DNA of 64,000 bases from Leptospira biflexa (GTDB taxonomy: Bacteria; Spirochaetota; UBA4802; UB4802). Within the stretch, counting starts at the first letter, position 1; each line of letters begins with the position of its first letter. Positions 28,777-38,915 of this stretch are shown here, piece by piece. Location of the stretch: positions 32,439-96,438 of the forward strand of contig DYLU01000001.1 in the NCBI GenBank assembly GCA_020721905.1. Reading direction: 5' to 3'. Below the pieces are notes generated by a model, which saw nothing but the letters and a program-made list of their open reading frames with translations, was not told the DNA's origin and did not search any database. A program made the translations under genes and the position numbers.

Positions 28777-29976
28777 ATGATTACAAAAGGCTTAATTGAA
28801 AAAATTTTTCAGGCAGCAAGCATACAGCGGTGGAATGACCACGTGCGCCCAACAGAACTTACTGAGATTGACAAACAGTCGCATAAGATGATTATTGCCT
28901 ATACCATTGCCAGGTTTCAGGAAGAAGAAAAACCCGGTAGTATAAACTGGCAATTGTTAATTGAAGGCGGTATTATTGAACTGTTACATAGAGTGATAGT
29001 TACTGACATCAAACCCCCGGTGTTTCACAAAATAATGAAAGAAAAGGGCAAAGAACTTAATGAATGGGTATTCAATCAACTGGAAGCTGATATTGCGCCC
29101 ATTAAAGGTAACTTTTTGCACACATGTAAAAAATATTTATTTGACGATACCTTTGCTGCTTTTGAAAAAAAGATTTTACAGGCTTCACACTACCTGGCTA
29201 CAAACTGGGAATTTCAGATTATCTACCATTCCAACAAATTCATCTATGGGATTGAACACACAAAAGCCGAAATAGAAAACCAGATTGAGTATCATATTGA
29301 CCTTACCGGCGTGCAAAAAATTCTACTGCATCGCAGTATTTCAGGATTTATAAATCTTTGCGGCCAATTGCGATTTCAGCAGCGATGGGCGCAAACACCC
29401 CGTATCCCAAAAACATCAGTTCTGGGACACATGTTCATTGTTGCAATACTATCGTATTTTTGCTCAAAAGAACTTGGCGCATGCAACAAGCGTGTGTATA
29501 ATAATTTCTTTGCATCATTATTCCATGATCTGCCTGAAGTGCTTACCCGTGATATTGTTTCGCCCATCAAGCGCTCAATACAGGGATTGGATGAACTTAT
29601 TAAGCAGTATGAAATCAGCGAAACAAACAATCGTATCTTCCCGCTAATTCCACAAAACTGGCATGACGAAATACGCTACTATATATTTGATGAATTTGAA
29701 AACAAAATCTGGAAAAACAACTCCATTATAAAAGGACTATTGCCTGAGGACATCAACACAAACTACAATCATGACATGTATAATCCCCTGGATGGAACAA
29801 TGTTAAAAGCCTGCGACGACTTTGCTGCATTTTTAGAAGCGTCCTTTTCAATAAATTACGGGGTAAAACCCAAAGCCCTGGAATTTGCAAAACGCAATAT
29901 TTACAATAAGTATAAACGCAATAATCCTAAACTTGGTGATATGGAATTTATTATACTATTTGATTATTTTAATTGA
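28777..29976 (+). CDS. Tandem HD-domain (YfbR-like) phosphohydrolase
   Basis: Duplicated QRW..R motifs; SVLGH, FHDLPEVLTRDI, KACD. Confidence 0.82.
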   Translation: MITKGLIEKIFQAASIQRWNDHVRPTELTEIDKQSHKMIIAYTIARFQEEEKPGSINWQLLIEGGIIELLHRVIVTDIKPPVFHKIMKEKGKELNEWVFNQLEADIAPIKGNFLHTCKKYLFDDTFAAFEKKILQASHYLATNWEFQIIYHSNKFIYGIEHTKAEIENQIEYHIDLTGVQKILLHRSISGFINLCGQLRFQQRWAQTPRIPKTSVLGHMFIVAILSYFCSKELGACNKRVYNNFFASLFHDLPEVLTRDIVSPIKRSIQGLDELIKQYEISETNNRIFPLIPQNWHDEIRYYIFDEFENKIWKNNSIIKGLLPEDINTNYNHDMYNPLDGTMLKACDDFAAFLEASFSINYGVKPKALEFAKRNIYNKYKRNNPKLGDMEFIILFDYFN

Positions 29977-30010
29977 TATTGTCCCTGATGTAAGGGATTT
30001 GTAAACAATA

Positions 30011-30406
30011 ATGAAAACAACGATAAAAAATATATTTTTTGATTTACGAGATACTATTGGTGCTTTTTTTGTTGCACTAAAGTCACCTGATGTTTCGTTG
30101 CTATCCAAAATTTTAATTGTAATAGCTATTGCTTATGCACTATCGCCAATAGACCTTATACCTGACTTTATCCCATTTGCCGGCTACATTGATGATGCCA
30201 TTATTGTGCCTTTTTTAGTTTTCATAGCCATTAAAAGTATACCAAAACCTATATATGAAGAATGTAAACAAAAAGCAAGTTTAAGCTTCAAAAAGGGCAT
30301 AGGTTTTATTGCATTGGGTATACTTATGGTACTTTTACTCTGGGGAATAGTTGGTTTTGCACTATATGCATTATTCTCATTTGCCCTGCGTCTATTGCGG
30401 TTATGA
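30011..30406 (+). CDS. YkvA/DUF1232 membrane protein
   Basis: YALSPIDLIPDFIPFAGYIDD. Confidence 0.9.
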   Translation: MKTTIKNIFFDLRDTIGAFFVALKSPDVSLLSKILIVIAIAYALSPIDLIPDFIPFAGYIDDAIIVPFLVFIAIKSIPKPIYEECKQKASLSFKKGIGFIALGILMVLLLWGIVGFALYALFSFALRLLRL

Positions 30407-31119
30407 TTGCCATTATAAATCCACAAACACCACAACCCATTATTGACGGCCTTATTAACCACAACTTTACACCTGTTTCTATTCCGCTTTGCCCTGATGT
30501 TGAACAACCAATAGCTGGCCATCCTGAAATACAACTATGTATTATTGGCAGTACAATCATATATCAGCCCCGGATTAACAGCTCATTTTTAGAGATTTTA
30601 ACGCATTCACACTATACACTGGTAAGGGGTCAGAGCCTTTTACAAAAACAATATCCTTATGACTGTGCTTATAATATAGCCTATACCGGAAACATAGCAT
30701 TCCATAACACAAAAGCTACCGATAGCTCTGTAAAAGAAGCTGTTTATCAAGTGCATAAAGGCTCTGACCCCTTTATTCATGTACATCAAGGCTACACCAG
30801 ATGTTCTACCTGCATTGTTGACTCACATGCCATTATTACCGCGGATAGGTCCATTCACAATGCTGCCATAAAAAATTCTATTGATTCACTGCTCATACAG
30901 CCGGGATATATTGAACTTCCCGGCTACCGATACGGTTTTATTGGCGGCGCAAGTGGCACATGCTCTGACACCGTTTACTTCACGGGACGTTTACAGCACC
31001 ACCCTGATTACAGCAATATTGTGAATTTTATTGAAAACCACAACAAAAACATTGCCTTTTTATCAGATCTCCCTGCAATTGATATTGGCTCAATCTTTTT
31101 TATTGACATGATGATATGA
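30403..31119 (+). CDS. Conserved hypothetical protein (DUF6873-like)
   Basis: GHP, YPYD..YN, QGYTRCS, GYIELPGYRYGFIGGASG, DIGS. Confidence 0.7.
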   Translation: MIAIINPQTPQPIIDGLINHNFTPVSIPLCPDVEQPIAGHPEIQLCIIGSTIIYQPRINSSFLEILTHSHYTLVRGQSLLQKQYPYDCAYNIAYTGNIAFHNTKATDSSVKEAVYQVHKGSDPFIHVHQGYTRCSTCIVDSHAIITADRSIHNAAIKNSIDSLLIQPGYIELPGYRYGFIGGASGTCSDTVYFTGRLQHHPDYSNIVNFIENHNKNIAFLSDLPAIDIGSIFFIDMMI

Positions 31120-31178
31120 CCTGTTATCCCTGTAGCATATACATTAAATGAAATCATATACCACTATGGATACTTTTC

Positions 31179-31724
31179 ATGAATATTCCTGACATAACAA
31201 CATGTTTAGCGCTATTGCAAAAGCATGACATCCTGCCCAATGTGCTGGAACATTCATTGCAGGTACATAAGGTTGCCTGTGCCATCGTTGATCATCTCAA
31301 CGGCAGTGTTACAATCAACCGTGATTTAGTATGTGTTGCAGCACTGCTTCATGACATCACCAAATCCCGTTCCTTAAAAACAGGTGAAAAGCACGACATT
31401 TCCGGCAAAGAACTTTTAGAATCTTTAGGATATCCGGAAATAGCCGATATCGTAGGACAGCATGTCTTTTTACGCGATACTTCAGCCGATTCACCTCTCA
31501 ATGAAGCAGATATAGTGTATTATGCCGATAAACGCGTTATGCATAATGAGATTGTAACAGTTGACCGCCGCATTGAAGACCTGCTCATACGCTATGGCAC
31601 CACACCGGAACGCTGTAACAAAATTCTTGAAAACAAAGACATTATTATAATCATTGAAAAAAAATTAACCAGACACCTTATAAAACCTCTGGAAGATATT
31701 ATTGCATCATTACGGCATGAATAA
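31179..31724 (+). CDS. HD (HDIG-type) phosphohydrolase
   Basis: HS..V, AALLHDITK, H..G, H, YYADKR. Confidence 0.88.
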   Translation: MNIPDITTCLALLQKHDILPNVLEHSLQVHKVACAIVDHLNGSVTINRDLVCVAALLHDITKSRSLKTGEKHDISGKELLESLGYPEIADIVGQHVFLRDTSADSPLNEADIVYYADKRVMHNEIVTVDRRIEDLLIRYGTTPERCNKILENKDIIIIIEKKLTRHLIKPLEDIIASLRHE

Positions 31725-33366
31725 ACAATACTGCATTCTTGATTGTTACGTGGACGAACCCGCGTGTTTTGGTGTACCGCCGTTTGTTTCGCCCTACCCG
31801 CGCTATGTGTATGGTGCACTTCTTGATGCCGGCATATACGATGATGAAATTGTGTATCTTACCATTGATGTTCTTCGCAAAGCCGAATACAGGCTACCGC
31901 ATAGTTTTCATTATGTTTTTTTAATTGGGGGGGCGATAGTTCCTGGTAAATACCTTGGCTTTAAAATAGGAACTGTCCCTGAAATAACAAAAATCATTGC
32001 AACAAACAAACGCCAAAATTTTGCCATTGGCGGTATGATAGCTCACTTAGTTAAGGATTTTACCAATACAACACTGGTAACTGGTGATATTGAACAGTTT
32101 GCATTTGATGTTGCACGCGGCAACAAGCCTTTACCGGATAACTATCGCACATATAAAAATCTTTCCCGATGGGCTGTAGCAGGAAGTCACATGGTAAAAC
32201 TTCATCCACAATTCCCCAACCTTATCTGTGAGATAGAAACTTACCGAGGATGCCCACGCCGCAATCACTGCTCATTTTGTGCTGAAGGATTAATGCAATC
32301 TGTTGATTTCAGAGATGAAGAAGATATCTTACATGAAATAGATGCCCTTATTGCTCAAGGGATTTTTAGATTCAGGATAGGAAGGCAGGCTGATATTATT
32401 GCTTATAAATCACATCTGCAAGATTTTGTTCACGGGTTCCCGCGGCCAGATCCTGCTATAGTCATTAATCTTTTTACTGAATTGCAAAGGCGAATAAATG
32501 AAGGGCATATCAGTATGCTCAATATTGACAATGCAAATCCCGGTACCATCTTTTACTTTCCTCACGAATCACAGGCCATTATTGATTGCATTGCTCATAC
32601 GGTAACACCGGGCGATACTATGCCGCTGGGCGTTGAATCATTTGATCCGGCAGTCATTCCAAAAAACAATCTTAAATTGCACAAAGATCAGGTTATACAG
32701 GTTGTACAATTAATAAACGATGCCGGTGGCACAACAATTAATGGTATCCACAGGCTTTTACCTGGTATCAATCTCATTCATGGGCTTATTGGTGAAACTT
32801 CTGACACATTTAAAATCAACTATGAATCGCTGGCGGAAATCCTTGACAGAGGACTGCTTTTGAAAAGGATCAATATACGCAGTTTGTTCCCCTTCCCGGG
32901 AACTATCGCCGCACAAAAACAAACACACAATACAATGATTGAAAACCGTTACCGTTTTTACCGTGAAAAAATACGAAGCGACATTGACCATACCATGATT
33001 GCCAAACTATTCCCCATAGGTACTGTCATGTATCATATGCAGGTACTGTCATGTATGCATGGATATTCGTACGCAAAAGAGATTAGAAGCTACGCCATAA
33101 CAGCAAAAATTCCTGTAAGCTTACCGCTTTTTAGTTTTGTTGACTGCATTGTTGTTGGTCATCAGGAACGTTCGCTTCTGTGCCTTCCATATCCAATACG
33201 CATTAACACACTGCCGCAAAAAGCTTTAGAAGGCATACCGGGCATTGGGAAGAAAGGCGCATCAGCAATCATTGTGCATCGCCCCTTTGCAGGCATGGAT
33301 GATGTCAGGCCGTATCTGGAACACATTCCGGAAAATATTGTACAGGCAATTGCGGAAGGATTTTAA
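31717..33366 (+). CDS. Radical SAM protein with C-terminal helix-hairpin-helix (COG1031-like)
   Basis: LDCYVDEPACFGVPP..SPYPRY; EIETYRGCPRRNHCSFC; IDNANP; HhH LEGIPGIGKK. Confidence 0.85.
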   Translation: MNKQYCILDCYVDEPACFGVPPFVSPYPRYVYGALLDAGIYDDEIVYLTIDVLRKAEYRLPHSFHYVFLIGGAIVPGKYLGFKIGTVPEITKIIATNKRQNFAIGGMIAHLVKDFTNTTLVTGDIEQFAFDVARGNKPLPDNYRTYKNLSRWAVAGSHMVKLHPQFPNLICEIETYRGCPRRNHCSFCAEGLMQSVDFRDEEDILHEIDALIAQGIFRFRIGRQADIIAYKSHLQDFVHGFPRPDPAIVINLFTELQRRINEGHISMLNIDNANPGTIFYFPHESQAIIDCIAHTVTPGDTMPLGVESFDPAVIPKNNLKLHKDQVIQVVQLINDAGGTTINGIHRLLPGINLIHGLIGETSDTFKINYESLAEILDRGLLLKRINIRSLFPFPGTIAAQKQTHNTMIENRYRFYREKIRSDIDHTMIAKLFPIGTVMYHMQVLSCMHGYSYAKEIRSYAITAKIPVSLPLFSFVDCIVVGHQERSLLCLPYPIRINTLPQKALEGIPGIGKKGASAIIVHRPFAGMDDVRPYLEHIPENIVQAIAEGF

Positions 33367-33686
33367 TAACGTTTGCGTTCCTTGTCGTGGTTGAGTTTGT
33401 TCATGACATACACTGCTGCATATCCGCCTATAAACGCGGCAATAATGTTGACACCGGTATCATACACCAAAAATCGCAGTATTTTTATTGTTATATCAAG
33501 CAACAGCTTATCAAGAATGAATCCGCCTATCAGTGCACCAATAACACCTATAACCATACCGCCTATAAATCCGCCAAATAAATCCCTGCGTTTTAAATTA
33601 TAAAATATCCACGACACCAGCGCACCCATGGCTATATAAATAGCAATGGCAAGTAGTTTCATCAAAAAGCTAATAAATGCATCCAT
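33363..33686 (-). CDS. Small Gly-rich membrane protein (GlsB/YeaQ-like)
   Basis: GGFIGGMVIGVIGALIGG; GAGGAG RBS. Confidence 0.7.
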   Translation of the reverse strand: MDAFISFLMKLLAIAIYIAMGALVSWIFYNLKRRDLFGGFIGGMVIGVIGALIGGFILDKLLLDITIKILRFLVYDTGVNIIAAFIGGYAAVYVMNKLNHDKERKRY

Positions 33687-33692
33687 GGCTGC

Positions 33693-34310
33693 TTACTCCT
33701 CCTCAATAAAAAAGATTTCACCTTTGCCTTTGCGGACAATCTGTATGTCGCCACCAGAAAAGTCAACAACAGTTGATGGATCACTCACCTTTGGCCCGCA
33801 ACTTAATATCATGTCAACCGCATTCCGGTATTCTTTGTCTAAATCAACCGGATCAATTACATAATCCCCTTCTTTGGTGCTGACACTTGCTGTCATTATT
33901 GGATGGCCCAATGCCTGTACAAGTTCAAGCGCAATGGTATTATCAGGAATCCTGACACCTATTGTCTTTTGATTGGTTATGGCAATCTTTGGCACCAACT
34001 TAGATGCCTGGAAAATAAACGTATAGGGACCCGGAAAAGCTTTTTTCATAATTTTAAAAGCCTGATCTGAAACATTGCGTACATACTGTGAAATTGCCGA
34101 AATGTCCGAAAATATAAAACTGAGTGGTTTATTTCTGGGAATTCGTTTTATATGATACAACCGTTCAATTGCCCGTCTATCATTGATATCGCACCCATAC
34201 GCATACACAGTATCAGTAGGGAAAATGATAATACCCCCTTCTTCAAGAATCTCTTTGGCTTTCTTGATAAATCGCTTTTGTGGATTGATTTCATTAATTA
34301 ATACTATCAT
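33693..34310 (-). CDS. Sua5/YciO/YrdC family protein (threonylcarbamoyl-AMP synthase-like)
   Basis: IIFPTDTVY, K.R..KPLS, PGPYT, IGVRIPD, PSTVVD. Confidence 0.92.
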   Translation of the reverse strand: MIVLINEINPQKRFIKKAKEILEEGGIIIFPTDTVYAYGCDINDRRAIERLYHIKRIPRNKPLSFIFSDISAISQYVRNVSDQAFKIMKKAFPGPYTFIFQASKLVPKIAITNQKTIGVRIPDNTIALELVQALGHPIMTASVSTKEGDYVIDPVDLDKEYRNAVDMILSCGPKVSDPSTVVDFSGGDIQIVRKGKGEIFFIEEE

Positions 34311-34751
34311 AGCTATTATTATACTTTAATTAACGGAATTTTCATTTATTTAATTTAATGTATTGATTGCGGAGAGCCTTATAAAATATAAGGCTTTTGC
34401 AGGAGTGCCTGCTGCAAAAGCCTTCAACCCGGTAAATGTGCGAATAGGAGTGTCTTTTAATTATCAACCATTATAATCATCGGAATTTTTTTTAAAACTT
34501 AAAGAATTTTTATGGAAATAATGAGATATTATTCACTGCAAGCTTCAGGTGTTCCAATGATATATAACCGTAAAACCTTATACAGAAACCTTCATTTACT
34601 GAATATCCAGCAGCCATACCAATATGGAGATAATTTTAAAACGGTGGTGACATAATGAATGAAAAAATAGTTTTTAAATTGTCATATTTGTATTATATTA
34701 TAATAAATGTACTATACTTTAGTATTAAATTATTTATGATATGATAAAACA

Positions 34752-36779
34752 ATGTCACTTATAGATTTAAAAATAAAAAGCAGGGATATTGATACCCTTA
34801 TTTCTGTTATTAAGGAAAATAATCCTGAAATACATATTGAAAACATCAGAAAAGCATATGAAATAGCCAGCGAAGCTCATAAAGATCAACAACGTTTATC
34901 GGGCGAACCATATATTGTACATCCCATGGAAGTAGCCATTATCCTGGCTAACCTTAAAATGGATGAAACCACCATTATAGCCGCATTGCTTCATGATGTT
35001 GTTGAAGATACTCCAATCAACTTAGATAAAGTCAGAGAACTATTTGGCCAGGAAGTAGCAACGCTTGTTGATGGTGTTACAAAAATATCATCGTTAAAAA
35101 AACATACAAAGCAAAAAGAACAGGCCGAAACACTGCGTAAGATGTTACTGGCAACTATTCAGGATGCCCGTGTAATAATTATTAAATTAGCTGACAAACT
35201 GCACAATATGCGTACTATCATGTTCCAGCCTGAATATAAACAAAAATATATTGCACAGGAAGTGCTTGATATTTATGCACCCTTAGCAGGGCGCCTGGGC
35301 ATGTCCAAAATCCGCAGCGAACTGGAAGACCTTGCATTTAAAATAGTGTATCCAGATGACTATAATGCTATCCTTGAACACATAAAGGCTCGTAGAAGCG
35401 AACTGGAAGCATTTATTGATTCTATACGCGTTGTATTGCAACAACGATTGAAAGAGCTAAACATTGAAGCTCAGATTCAAGGCAGAATCAAACATCATTA
35501 TTCAATCTTTAAAAAGCTTCAACAGGGAAGAACATTTGACGATATTTTTGACCTCAGGGCTATCAGAATTATTACCAATGAAGTAAAGGATTGCTATGGG
35601 ATTTTAGGTATAGTTCATACCATATGGACTCCCATTCCTTCCCGGTTTAAAGATTATATAGCTGTACCAAAGTCAAACATGTATCAATCATTGCATACAA
35701 CAGTGATTGGGCCGGATGGGCACCCGCTTGAAATTCAGATACGGACATGGGATATGCATGCCACCGCAGAGATGGGGATTGCTGCTCACTGGTTATATAA
35801 AGAAGGCATTAAATCATTCAAGCCCAAATATAAAAATATTACAATTCTCAATAACATTCATGAATGGCAGAATGAAATCAATGACACGCGTGAATTCATT
35901 AAAGAACTCAAGATGGACCTGTATGAAGATGAAATTTTTGTCTTCACTCCTAAAGGCAAAATTATAAAACTGGCCAGGGGCTCTACTCCTGTTGATTTTG
36001 CGTACCTTATACATACTGAAATTGGCAATCACTGCACAGGCGCTAAAGTGAATAATCAGCTGGTTCCTCTTAAAACTGAATTGAAAAGCGGAGATATTGT
36101 TGAGATATTAACCAGCAAAAAAGGCCACCCGTCACCTGCATGGCTTAAATTTGTCAAATCATCAAATGCCCGATATAAAATACGAAACTGGTTACGAAAG
36201 AACTTAGAACCTGAAGACGAACATGCTGATAAAGAAGAAAAGGAAAAGAAAGAAAAGATTGCCAGCGTCAGTATACCCGAAAAAGAACTTGTAAAACTTA
36301 AAAGCTTTCCCAACAAAAAGAAAGTTGGAATAACCATAGATGGCACAAATAATGTGCTGATACGCCTTTCACAATGCTGCCAGCCAATCCCAGGGGATGA
36401 TGTTGTAGGATTTATTACCAGAGGCCGGGGAATCACTGTCCATAAACGTAATTGCCCTGCCCTGCAACGATTACAAAATGAAAGCGAGCGGTTTGTGGAT
36501 ATACAATGGGAGCAGTCAGAAAGCACCTATCCTGTGAAGATTGCAGTTGAAGCAATGGATAGGACTAATTTACTGAAGGATGTTGCTGACGAAATATCCT
36601 TAACAAAAACAAATATTATCAAAGCCGAAGCTTCCGTAGTTGCTAAAGATCAGGCATTGCTTAAATTTGTTCTTGAAGTTAAAAGCTTAAACCATCTTAA
36701 TGATATAATGAAACGACTGAAACAGATAAAAAATGTAACCAGAGTTTTCAAGCTTAATGAAAAAGTAATTCTTAAATAA
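34752..36779 (+). CDS. rel: Bifunctional (p)ppGpp synthetase/hydrolase Rel
   Basis: Intact HD hydrolase (LLHDVVEDT), synthetase RFKDY and YQSLHT, TGS (FTPKG), ZFD (CCQPIPGD), ACT. Confidence 0.96.
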   Translation: MSLIDLKIKSRDIDTLISVIKENNPEIHIENIRKAYEIASEAHKDQQRLSGEPYIVHPMEVAIILANLKMDETTIIAALLHDVVEDTPINLDKVRELFGQEVATLVDGVTKISSLKKHTKQKEQAETLRKMLLATIQDARVIIIKLADKLHNMRTIMFQPEYKQKYIAQEVLDIYAPLAGRLGMSKIRSELEDLAFKIVYPDDYNAILEHIKARRSELEAFIDSIRVVLQQRLKELNIEAQIQGRIKHHYSIFKKLQQGRTFDDIFDLRAIRIITNEVKDCYGILGIVHTIWTPIPSRFKDYIAVPKSNMYQSLHTTVIGPDGHPLEIQIRTWDMHATAEMGIAAHWLYKEGIKSFKPKYKNITILNNIHEWQNEINDTREFIKELKMDLYEDEIFVFTPKGKIIKLARGSTPVDFAYLIHTEIGNHCTGAKVNNQLVPLKTELKSGDIVEILTSKKGHPSPAWLKFVKSSNARYKIRNWLRKNLEPEDEHADKEEKEKKEKIASVSIPEKELVKLKSFPNKKKVGITIDGTNNVLIRLSQCCQPIPGDDVVGFITRGRGITVHKRNCPALQRLQNESERFVDIQWEQSESTYPVKIAVEAMDRTNLLKDVADEISLTKTNIIKAEASVVAKDQALLKFVLEVKSLNHLNDIMKRLKQIKNVTRVFKLNEKVILK

Positions 36780-36784
36780 AAAAT

Positions 36785-37378
36785 ATGAATATTATACTCG
36801 GCTCTTCATCTCCACGAAGGAAATATCTGCTTCAAAGCCTGTTCAATACCATAACTATTATTCATCCTGACGTTGAAGAAATACCATATTCGTGTGAAAA
36901 ACCTCTGGATTTTGTTCAACGCGCCTCCGGTGATAAGCTTTTTACCATACGCACAAAGATATCTACCAACCCTTCACTCATCATAACCTGCGACACCATA
37001 GTAACTATCGACAATGAAATTTTAGGAAAACCTGCTGACTTTGACCATGCGTATTATATGCTATCAACATTATCAGGAAGAACACATCATGTCATATCAG
37101 CAATAAGCCTGCAGTATACCAATAAAAACGATATCCGCCAACATAATGACTATGAAATAACACAGGTAACATTTAAGAAACTCAATAAAAACGATATTAC
37201 CACATACTTATCGCATATAAATTATACGGATAAAGCCGGTGCATATGCAGTGCAGGAATACGGCACCATGATCATAGAAAAAATGATTGGATCAATTACC
37301 AATGTTATTGGTTTCCCATTGCGTTGCTTTTTCAGGATGATAGCCGATATGGATATAATCCAAAAACTTTTTCAATAA
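36785..37378 (+). CDS. maf: Maf family nucleotide pyrophosphatase
   Basis: LGSSSPRR, CDTIV..ILGKP, DKAGAY, NVIGFP. Confidence 0.93.
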   Translation: MNIILGSSSPRRKYLLQSLFNTITIIHPDVEEIPYSCEKPLDFVQRASGDKLFTIRTKISTNPSLIITCDTIVTIDNEILGKPADFDHAYYMLSTLSGRTHHVISAISLQYTNKNDIRQHNDYEITQVTFKKLNKNDITTYLSHINYTDKAGAYAVQEYGTMIIEKMIGSITNVIGFPLRCFFRMIADMDIIQKLFQ

Positions 37379-37466
37379 TTTAAAATTTTAAGATTGACAT
37401 ATTAAAAAAACAGATTATCATTTATATTTATTGAATTTTAAAAAATTAAAAAAAAGGTGTTTTACC

Positions 37467-38006
37467 ATGAGTCAGAGAAAACAATACATCATAAACAAAA
37501 AATTTCAGCTTAAGACAACATTTTCTGTCATTGCTATTGTTTTTGTCATAGTTGCTATAATAATTGCTGCTATAGGCGTCAATGCTGCAGCTAACAACAA
37601 ACGTCTTATTCATATTATTCAAATACAGGATAATATAGTTGAAGCACTTATTGCATATTCACAATCGCCCCATGATTCAGACCAAAAATTAGCAATTCAG
37701 AATATTGCTAATGACCATGTGAATAATATCAATACAATAAAGAAGATTATAGAATTAAACAATATACTATTAATCATCATTATTGCCTTTGTAATCCTTC
37801 AGGGAATAATACTCTATTTTGTATTGATCCGCAAAACACACAAGATTGCAGGGCCTATCTATGTTATGTCAAACTATTTTAATGATATTATTAAAGGCAA
37901 TATACCCAATCCCCGTCCTTTGCGCAAAAATGATGAATTACAGGATTTTTATGAATTATTTATAAAAATGGTTGATGCCATACGAACAAGGCAGGGAGAA
38001 AAATAA
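37467..38006 (+). CDS. Two-TM membrane protein with HAMP-like C-terminus
   Basis: RKQYII.KKFQ N-terminus, two TM helices, THKIAGP..LRKNDEL; TTGACA-16-TATCAT upstream. Confidence 0.7.
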   Translation: MSQRKQYIINKKFQLKTTFSVIAIVFVIVAIIIAAIGVNAAANNKRLIHIIQIQDNIVEALIAYSQSPHDSDQKLAIQNIANDHVNNINTIKKIIELNNILLIIIIAFVILQGIILYFVLIRKTHKIAGPIYVMSNYFNDIIKGNIPNPRPLRKNDELQDFYELFIKMVDAIRTRQGEK

Positions 38007-38015
38007 TATACATTT

Positions 38016-38064
38016 ACAAAATATAAAAAACCCTGCATTAAAAGCAGGGTTTTTTATATTTTGT
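38016..38064. terminator. Bidirectional terminator with perfect 21-bp arms
   Basis: ACAAAATATAAAAAACCCTGC-ATTAAAA-GCAGGGTTTTTTATATTTTGT between convergent genes. Confidence 0.88.
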
Positions 38065-38079
38065 TACCAGGGAAAATAT

Positions 38080-38829
38080 TTATTCCACCATCTTTAAAAG
38101 TTCTTCAACTACATCTGCTATATATTTATCCGTTGTATCTTTACAGTATACTGAATAACTCAATGGCGGTGATATTTTAGTTCTGTAGAGTTTATAATAG
38201 TATGTAGTAAAAATCAGGTCATATTTCCCTTCTTTTTTGCCAAAGAAAAATTCCCCAGCAATTGTTGTTGGCGCATCAGGGTCATACATTTTTACCGAAT
38301 ACCCATGTTTAAAACGATAGACATCTCTGCCCGTTTTAAGTTTAGCCTTAAGTAATGGTAAAGAATACATTTTATATGAGTAGTTTACTGAGAAAATATC
38401 ACCATATAGAATTTCTTTTTTTAACTCATCAATATTTTTATAAAACCCTGTTGTTGGTTTTAAAGGATTTGTCAGCTTTTTTATTTCAGGGAAAAATTCA
38501 TATACTTCATCAGCCTTTCCGTCACCATTGGTATCTTTTGCAAGGCTTATTAGTTTTTCAGTGCCGGTAAAATCGCCTATTAACACTGATACTGTATTGC
38601 CTAAACACTGTAAAACGAAATAATTTCTGAAATCTTCGGTAACAGGCATAAACTGCAATCTGTCTGGGGATATATCTGTTTGAATAAATTCATTGCTTTT
38701 AAACATTTGCTGGGAATAAAGATATGTACCAAAAATGCAGAGGATAAGTACCAGAATAAATAAAACAAAATGTATATTTTTATGTTTCATAATGATAACC
38801 CCAATGTTATGATTTACATACCCTTTCAC
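38080..38829 (-). CDS. Hypothetical exported protein (true start may be 38790)
   Basis: N-terminal TM/signal; DTNGDGKAD Ca-binding-like loop. Confidence 0.7.
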   Translation of the reverse strand: MKGYVNHNIGVIIMKHKNIHFVLFILVLILCIFGTYLYSQQMFKSNEFIQTDISPDRLQFMPVTEDFRNYFVLQCLGNTVSVLIGDFTGTEKLISLAKDTNGDGKADEVYEFFPEIKKLTNPLKPTTGFYKNIDELKKEILYGDIFSVNYSYKMYSLPLLKAKLKTGRDVYRFKHGYSVKMYDPDAPTTIAGEFFFGKKEGKYDLIFTTYYYKLYRTKISPPLSYSVYCKDTTDKYIADVVEELLKMVE

Positions 38830-38915
38830 TATTTATTTTATTTCAAACAAATAGTGAAGTCAATAACAAAAAATTATTTTATTACTTTTTTAGCTTTTAA
38901 TTTTATACTGAATAC

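Noticed and set aside
34512..34655. 47-codon ORF upstream of rel as a leader peptide
   Set aside because: It has no clear SD, no regulatory codon run and no attenuator hairpin downstream.
38016..38064. Perfect 21-bp inverted repeat as a MITE or IS end
   Set aside because: It has a 7-nt loop, A/T tails and sits between convergent genes, which fits a bidirectional terminator.
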